NCBI GenBank assembly: GCA_963714085.1
Contig: OY970229.1
Coordinates: 1-64,000, forward strand
Length of the DNA: 64,000 bases
Origin: an uncultured Candidatus Micrarchaeota archaeon
GTDB lineage: Archaea; Micrarchaeota; Micrarchaeia; Anstonellales; Bilamarchaeaceae
Direction of reading: 5' to 3'
In this document: positions 14,301 through 23,300 of the stretch, piece by piece
Layout: the number at the start of each line of letters is the position of its first letter
How positions within the stretch are numbered: position 1 is the first letter of the stretch
The notes under the pieces: generated by a model
The model's database searches: none
The model's input: only the letters and a program-made list of their open reading frames with translations
Told to the model about the DNA's origin: nothing
Position numbers and translations under genes: made by a program

Positions 14301-17300
14301 GTCCAACTGGAGCGGTTTCGGCTCGAACTATGAGATATTCGCCAATGACGGGAACTTCTCCGATTACATCGAGCACCGCCCGACGGACGACACCTCGGGC
14401 AGGATGCGCATCAGGAGGGTTGGCGACGACTTCACGTTCTTCATATGGAACGACTCCGCTAGCGACTGGACGCAGGAGAACGTCTCGCAGAGCGTCTTCA
14501 ACTTCAGCCGCGCGGTCTACGTGTCCTTCGAATCCGAGTCCACGTTCCCCGGCTGGGGCGACATGAACGTCACATGGGACAACTTCACCGTCGCGGACGG
14601 CAACACCACCTTCGGCATGTTCAACTCGACATCCGTCCTCGGGCTGTACAACGTCTCGTTCTTCGTGAACGACACGCTTGGGGTGCGCAACGACAGCATG
14701 GCCACCAACTTCACTGTGATACACCATGACACCCCGCCCTCGGCCCCCTACATCCTGACTCCTTACCCGGGAGCCGTTGTGTCCGGGATATACAACATCA
14801 CATGGTCCACCGTGAGCGACATCGACAACGACTCCCTGCAGTTCAACATCACGCTCCTCAATCCGGACATGAGCTTCAACAGGACGATAGTATCGGATTA
14901 CGGCAACATCTCCTCCAACTACTACGTATGGAACACCTCTTCGTACACGAACGGGCCATACTCACTGGAGGTGACCGCGTTCGAGAACGAGACCCCCGAA
15001 GGCCTGAGCACGAGCTACATACTGCTCGGCAACTTCACCATAGATAACGGGGTCCCGTCCATCGCGTTCGTGCCCCCGACCGACGCGTCGGGCTCGGTGG
15101 TCGACCGCCAGAACATCCTGATAAACGTCAGCGCGGTGGACCCGAACCTGAACCAGATAATCATAGACGTGTTCAATTCGAGCATGGGCCTTGTCAACGA
15201 ATCGTTCTTCCCGTCATCCCCGGCGTTCCTCAACCTCACGGGCCTGGCCGACGGATTGTACTACTTCAACGCCACGGCGACCAACACCGTGAGCAACCAG
15301 AACCAGACCGAGACCAGGAACGTGACCGTGAACGCCACGGTGTGCCTGGGCGCGGACACGGCCTTCACGTGCGGGCAGGTGGTGAACGAGTCGTGCCACT
15401 TCGTCAAGAACCTCACGTCCAACGGGACTTGTTTCGAAGCCGCGAGCGACAATGTGGCGATAGACTGCTCCGGCCGCTCATTGGCCGGCAACGGCTCCGG
15501 ATACGGGGTGCTCTTCCAGGGCGCCAACAACCTCACGCTGAAGAACTGCTACATCACCGCGTTCTCGGAGGCGGTCCTCCTCAACGGAACGAACCGCTCG
15601 CTGCTCCAGAACGACACCGCGCTGGGCAACGGGCAGAGCGGGTTCCAGCTGTCCGGGAGCAGCGGAAACAACCTCTCGTCCGACCTGGCGGCGAACAACT
15701 CCCAGGACGGCTTCCTTCTGACGTCCGACTCGGACAACAACTCGCTCCTCAACGACACCGCATACGGGAATTCCGTGTACGGGCTCGCGATCGTCTCCTC
15801 GGGCGGGACGAACGCGACCGGAGCGCACCTCTACGGCGACTCAGTCGGGGAATTCTACGTCTCCACGGACGCGACCCCCAGGGCGGTCTACCTGGGCAAC
15901 CTCACGATAGACAACCCGAACGGCGGCTACCGCAACTACACCACCCTGACCGCAAGCGACGTGGTGGAGGCGAACGCCGCATACCAGATGAAATGGGCCA
16001 CGAACACGTCGGCGCTGCCGAACCTGTACCGCTCGTTCGCGCAGAAATACGTCGACATCTCGGCTCTCTCGGGCATGGCGCCGATAGACTCCATGACCTG
16101 GTCCTACAACGATTCCGAGCTCCCGGGCTACAACGAATCGAAATTCGAGCTCTGGGGATACAACGGGACCGCATGGGCGAAACTGGGCGCTCTGAGGAAC
16201 ACAACCGCAAACACGCTTGCCGTGTCCGGTCTGAGCCCCTCGACCATCTACGGCATACTGGAGAACGACCAGAACGCCAGCTTCTCGCTACTAAAGCTGA
16301 ACCAGACCGCGTTGCAGCCCTCTCCGGGCGGCCTGGTGCAGTTCAACATGACGCTGACGAACGCAGGGAACGTCACCTTGAACCCGACGCAGGTCATCGA
16401 CGAACTGCCCGCCGGCCTGGCATTCATGGCCGCATCTCCGGCACCTGACTCCGTAGCCGGAGAGACTGTCTCATGGAACAACGTGAGCTCGCTCAGCCCC
16501 GGGGCAACCATGGTGATATACCTCAACGCCACCGTGGACGCGGGAACCGTCAACGCCTCGGTCACGTCCAGGAAGCTCACCAACATGGTGAACGCCACCG
16601 GAGTCCCGCCATACGGCGACAACATCACCACGCAGAGCTCGGTCAACGTGACTGTCTATTATGCGAACGTCTCAGCCCTAAAGCTCGACCAGACTGATCT
16701 GCAGCCGTCCCCCGGAGGGTTGGTACAGTTCAGCATGACGCTGACGAACACAGGGAACGTCACCCTGAGCCCAGTGAACCTGGTGGACACCCTGCCAGCA
16801 GGGCTCACGTTCCTCTCGGCATCCCCGGCAAACGCTTCGGCAGGACCGGGCTGGAACACGTCGCTCGGCCCGGGAGCTTCGGTAGTCTTCTATATGAACG
16901 CCACGGTCGACCTGGGCGTGGTGAATTCAACCAACACGGCGCTCACGCTCACGAACTGCGTGAACGCGACAGGAGCGCCCCCCGACGGCAGCAACGTCTC
17001 TTCTATAAGCTGCGCTAACGTGACGGTGTATTATGCGAACGTATCGGTCATCAAGCTGGAGCAGACCGCATTGCAGCCATCACCCGGAGGCATAGTCCAG
17101 TTCAACATGACGCTGACCAACACAGGGAATGTGACCTTGGAGCCGACGCAGGTGATAGACACCTTGCCTGCAGGGCTCACGTTCCTGGCCGCATCTCCTG
17201 CACCTGACTCCGTAGCCGGGCAGGTGGCCACATGGGACGACATAAGCTCCCTTGACCCAGGGTCGGCCGCAGTGATATACCTGAACGCCACGGTGGACGC

Positions 17301-20300
17301 AGGTACAGTGGACGCATCCACCCCGATCGTAACCCTAGTCAACACTGTGGATGCGACCGGAGTCCCGCCCAATGGAGACAATGTCACTGCGGAGAGCCTG
17401 GCCAACGTCACCGTCTACTACGCGAACGTCTCTGTCCTCAAACTGAGCCAGACCGCATTGCAGCCATCACCCGGAGGCATAGTCCAGTTCAACATGACCG
17501 TCACGAACACAGGGAACGTCACTCTGAGTCCGATAAACCTGGCGGACACTCTGCCAGCAGGACTGACGTTCCTCTCAGCATCACCTGCGAACACTTCCTC
17601 AGGTCCAGGATGGAACCTGACCCTGGCCCCAGGCATCTCATCCGTCTTCTACTTGAACGCCACGGTCAACCCAGGCGTGGTCAATTCTACAAACACCATT
17701 GCTACGTTGGCCAACTGCATAAACGCGACCGGTGTTCCGCCTGACGGCAGCAGCGTCTCATCGATAAGCTGCGCGAACGTCACGGTGTACTACGCAAACG
17801 TATCAGTCATCAAGCTGGAGCAGACTGCATTGCAACTTTCCCCAGGAGGAATTGTGCAGTTCAACATGACGCTGACCAACACAGGGAATGTGACCTTGGA
17901 GCCGACGCAGGTGATAGACACCTTGCCTGCAGGGCTCACGTTCCTGGCCGCATCTCCTGCACCTGACTCCGTAGCCGGGCAGGTGGCCACATGGGACGAC
18001 ATAAGCTCCCTTGACCCAGGGTCGGCCGCAGTGATATACCTGAACGCCACGGTGGACGCAGGTACAGTGGACGCATCCACCCCGATCGTAACCCTAGTCA
18101 ACACTGTGGATGCGACCGGAGTCCCGCCCAATGGAGACAATGTCACTGCGGAGAGCCTGGCCAACGTCACCGTCTACTACGCGAACGTCTCTGTCCTCAA
18201 ACTGAGCCAGACCGCATTGCAGCCATCACCCGGAGGCATAGTCCAGTTCAACATGACCGTCACGAACACAGGGAACGTCACTCTGAGTCCGATAAACCTG
18301 GCGGACACTCTGCCAGCAGGACTGACGTTCCTCTCAGCATCACCTGCGAACACTTCCTCAGGTCCAGGATGGAACCTGACCCTGGCCCCAGGCATCTCAT
18401 CCGTCTTCTACTTGAACGCCACGGTCAACCCAGGCGTGGTCAATTCTACAAACACCATTGCTACGTTGGCCAACTGCATAAACGCGACCGGTGTTCCGCC
18501 TGACGGCAGCAGCGTCTCATCGATAAGCTGCGCGAACGTCACGGTGTACTACGCAAACGTATCAGTCATCAAGCTGGAGCAGACTGCATTGCAACTTTCC
18601 CCAGGAGGAATTGTGCAGTTCAACATGACGCTGACCAACACGGGCAACGTCACTTTGAGCCCGATAAACCTGGTAGACGCAATGCCAGCAGGGCTTACGT
18701 TCCTCTCAACGTCTCCGGCAAACACCTCTGCAGGCCCGGGTTGGAATACCTCTCTTGCTCCGGGTACGTCCGCAATCTTCTACATGAACGCAACAGTCAA
18801 TCCAGGAATAGTCAATGCTACAACCACTTCAGTGACGCTCACGAACTGCATCGATGCGACCGGTGTTCCGCCTGACGGCAGCAATGTTTCTTCAATAAGC
18901 TGCGCGAATGTGACAGTCTACTATGCGAACGTGTCAGTCATCAAGCTGGAGCAGACCGCCCTACAACCGTCCCCGGGAGGCACAGTCCAGTTCAACATGA
19001 CCGTCACGAACACAGGGAATGTCACTCTGAGTCCGATAAACCTGGCGGACACTCTGCCAGCAGGACTGACGTTCCTCTCAGCATCACCTGCGAACACTTC
19101 CTCAGGTCCAGGATGGAACCTGACCCTGGCCCCAGGCATCTCATCCGTCTTCTACTTGAACGCCACGGTCAACCCAGGCGTGGTCAATTCTACAAACACC
19201 ATTGCTACGTTGGCCAACTGCATAAACGCGACCGGTGTTCCGCCTGACGGCAGCAGCGTCTCATCGATAAGCTGCGCGAACGTCACGGTGTACTACGCAA
19301 ACGTATCAGTCATCAAGCTGGAGCAGACTGCATTGCAACTTTCCCCAGGAGGAATTGTGCAGTTCAACATGACGCTGACCAACACGGGCAACGTCACTTT
19401 GAGCCCGATAAACCTGGTAGACGCAATGCCAGCAGGGCTTACGTTCCTCTCAACGTCTCCGGCAAACACCTCTGCAGGCCCGGGTTGGAATACCTCTCTT
19501 GCTCCGGGTACGTCCGCAATCTTCTACATGAACGCAACAGTCAATCCAGGAATAGTCAATGCTACAACCACTTCAGTGACGCTCACGAACTGCATCGATG
19601 CGACCGGTGTTCCGTCTGACGGCAGCAATGTTTCTTCAATAAGCTGCGCGAATGTGACAGTCTACTATGCGAACGTGTCAGTCATCAAGCTGGAGCAGAC
19701 CGCCCTACAACCGTCCCCGGGAGGCACAGTCCAGTTCAACATGACCGTCACGAACACAGGGAATGTCACTCTGAGTCCGATAAACCTGGCGGACACTCTG
19801 CCAGCAGGACTGACGTTCCTCTCAGCATCACCTGCGAACACTTCCTCAGGTCCAGGATGGAACCTGACCCTGGCCCCAGGCATCTCATCCGTCTTCTACT
19901 TGAACGCCACGGTCAACCCAGGCGTGGTCAATTCTACAAACACCATTGCTACGTTGGCCAACTGCATAAACGCGACCGGTGTTCCGCCTGACGGCAGCAG
20001 CGTCTCATCGATAAGCTGCGCGAACGTCACGGTGTACTACGCGAACGTATCAGTCATCAAGCTGGAGCAGACTGCATTGCAACTTTCCCCAGGAGGAATT
20101 GTGCAGTTCAACATGACGCTGACCAACACGGGCAACGTCACTTTGAGCCCGATAAACCTGGTAGACGCAATGCCAGCAGGGCTTACGTTCCTCTCAACGT
20201 CTCCGGCAAACACCTCTGCAGGCCCGGGTTGGAATACCTCTCTTGCTCCGGGTACGTCCGCAATCTTCTACATGAACGCAACAGTCAATCCAGGAATAGT

Positions 20301-23300
20301 CAATGCTACAACCACTTCAGTGACGCTCACGAACTGCATCGATGCGACCGGTGTTCCGCCTGACGGCAGCAATGTTTCTTCAATAAGCTGCGCGAATGTG
20401 ACAGTCTACTATGCGAACGTGTCAGTCATCAAGCTGGAGCAGACCGCCCTACAACCGTCCCCGGGAGGCATAGTCCAGTTCAACATGACAGTGACCAACA
20501 CGGGTAACGTGACGCTCAGCCCGATAAACCTGGCGGACACTCTGCCAGCAGGACTGACGTTCCTCTCAGCATCACCTGCGAACACTTCCTCAGGTCCAGG
20601 ATGGAACCTGACCCTGGCCCCAGGCATCTCATCCGTCTTCTACTTGAACGCCACAGTCAACCCCGGTGTGGTGGACGCCACCAACACGGCGGTCACGCTC
20701 ACGAACTGCATCGATGCGACCGGAGTTCCGCCTGACGGAAGCAATGTATCTTCAACAAGCTGCGCGAACGTCACGGTGTACTACGCGAACGTGTCGGTCA
20801 TCGACCTCAACCAGACCGCACTGCAGCCCTCACCCGGAGGCATAGTCCAGTTCAACATCACGCTGACGAACACAGGGAACGTCACCTTGAGCCCGATAAG
20901 CCTCATGGACGCCTTGCCAGCAGGGCTTAGTTTCCTATCGGCATCTCCTGCGAACACTTCCTCAGGCCCAGGTTGGAACACATCCCTTGCTCCTGGCGTA
21001 TCCGCGATATTCTACTTGAACGCGACCGTCAACCCGGGCGTGGTGGACGCCACCAACACGGCGGTCACGCTCACGAACTGCATCAATGCGACCGGAGTTC
21101 CGCCTGACGGCAGCAACGTCTCGTCGATGAGCTGTGCAGGAGTCACGGTCTACTATGCGAATGTCTCGGCTATAGCGCTCAACCAGACCGCGGTGCAGCC
21201 GTCTCCAGGAGGCATAGTGCAGTTCAACATGACCGTGACAAACACAGGAAACGTGTCCCTGAACCCGGTAAACCTAGTAGACATCGTGCCCGCAGGGCTT
21301 ACCTTCCTCTCAGCATCCCCGGCGAACACATCAGCCGGTCCGGGCTGGAATACGTCGCTCGCCCCGGGCGTATCCGCGATATTCTACTTGAACGCGACCG
21401 TCAACCCGGGCGTGGTGAGCGCAACCAACCCGACTGCCACGCTCACGAACTGCGTGAACGCGACCGGCGTTCCGCCTGACGGCAGCAGCGTCTCATCGAT
21501 AAGCTGCGCTAACGTCACGGTGTACTACGCGAACGTCTCGATCCTGAAACTCGAGCAGACCGCAGTGCAGTTGTCTCCGGGCGGCCTGGTGCAGTTCAAC
21601 ATGACCGTCACGAACACCGGAGCAGTTCCCCTCAACGTCACACTGGCAGATGCGCTGCCGGCCGGGCTCACGTTCCTCTCAGCATCCCCGGCGAACACAT
21701 CAGCCGGTCCGGGCTGGGACCTGGCCCTGGCCCCGGGCGTCTCATCGGTCTTCTACCTCGACGCCACCGTGGACTCAGGGATAGTCAGCGCGACGAACAC
21801 CGCGGTGACGCTGACGAATTCCATCAACGCGACCGGAGTCCCGCCGAACGGCGCCAACGTCACTGCGCAGAGCTCGGCGAATGTCACTGTCTATTATGCT
21901 AACGTCTCGGTCATCAAGCTGAGCCAGACCGCGTTGCAGCCGTCCCCAGGAGGGACTGTGCAGTTCAACATGACCGTCACGAACACCGGAAACGTCACCT
22001 TGAGCCCGATAAACCTGGTTGACACGCTGCCGGCCGGGCTCACGTTCCTCTTGGCATCCCCTGCGAACGCTTCTCCCGGCCCGGGATGGAGCACAACTCT
22101 CTCTCCGGGGGCTTCTTCGGTCTTTTACCTGAACGCGACAGTGGGCCAGGGCGTGGTGAATGCAACCGATACGGCGGTCACGCTTACTAACTGCATCAAC
22201 GCGACAGGAGCGCCCCCTGACGGCAGCAACGTCTCGTCGATAAGCTGCGCGAACGTGACGGTGTACTATGCGAACGTCTCGATCCTGAAGCTCGACCAGA
22301 CAGTCCTCCAGCCGTCACCCGGAGGAGTCGTCCAGTTCAACATGACGCTGACCAACACAGGGAACGTCACCTTGGACCCGACGCAGGTCGTAGACTCGCT
22401 CCCCTCCGGCCTCACGTTCCTGGCCGCATCTCCGGCACCCGATTCGGTAGCCGGCCAGATGGTCTCCTGGAACAACGTGGGCTCCCTTGCCCCGGGGTCG
22501 ACCGCAGTTATATACCTGAACGCCACGGTGGACGCGGGCACGGTCAACATCTCCTCTCCGACCGTGGTCCTCACCAACCTGGTGAACGCGACCGGCGTGC
22601 CTCCGAACGGCAACAGCATCAGCGCGCAGAGCTCGGCCAACGTGACGGTATACTTCGCCGGCGTCTCGATACTCAAAGTCGACATATCTCCTGTCCCGGC
22701 ATCGCCAGGGGGCATGGTGCAATGGCAGATAAACGTAAGCAATTCTGGCACCGTGGCCCTCGATCCCGTGTCCGTGACCGACGTCCTGCCCGCAGGATTC
22801 ATGTTCAACGGCTCGGCACCTGCGCCGGACAGCACGGACAACATCACCATGGACTGGTTCGATGTCGGTCCGCTCGCACCTGGGAACAGCACTTTGATAT
22901 GGCTCAATTCCAGCGTTGATTCGAACATATCGAACGGCACCTACACCAACACGGTCAGCGTGACTGGAGTCCCGCCCAACGGGCAGAACGTCACGGGCTC
23001 GGACAACGCGTCGGTCGGCATATTCGCCCCTGCCATAAACCTGGTCAAAACAGCCAATCCGTCGTCCGCAACCGTCCCGAGTGGAAACACGGCATACGTC
23101 CTGAATGTCACATACACGCTGAACGTCTCCAATACCGGTTCGGTGAACCTGACCGTGAGCGTGACGGACACCCTCCCCGCAGGCGTCACGTTCAGCGGTG
23201 CCGACGTCCCACCGACGAATGTCAGCGGGCTGGTCTTGTCCTGGACCGATGTGGCGGTCCTCGCGCCCGGCGATTCATTCTCCATCGACTATAACGTGAG

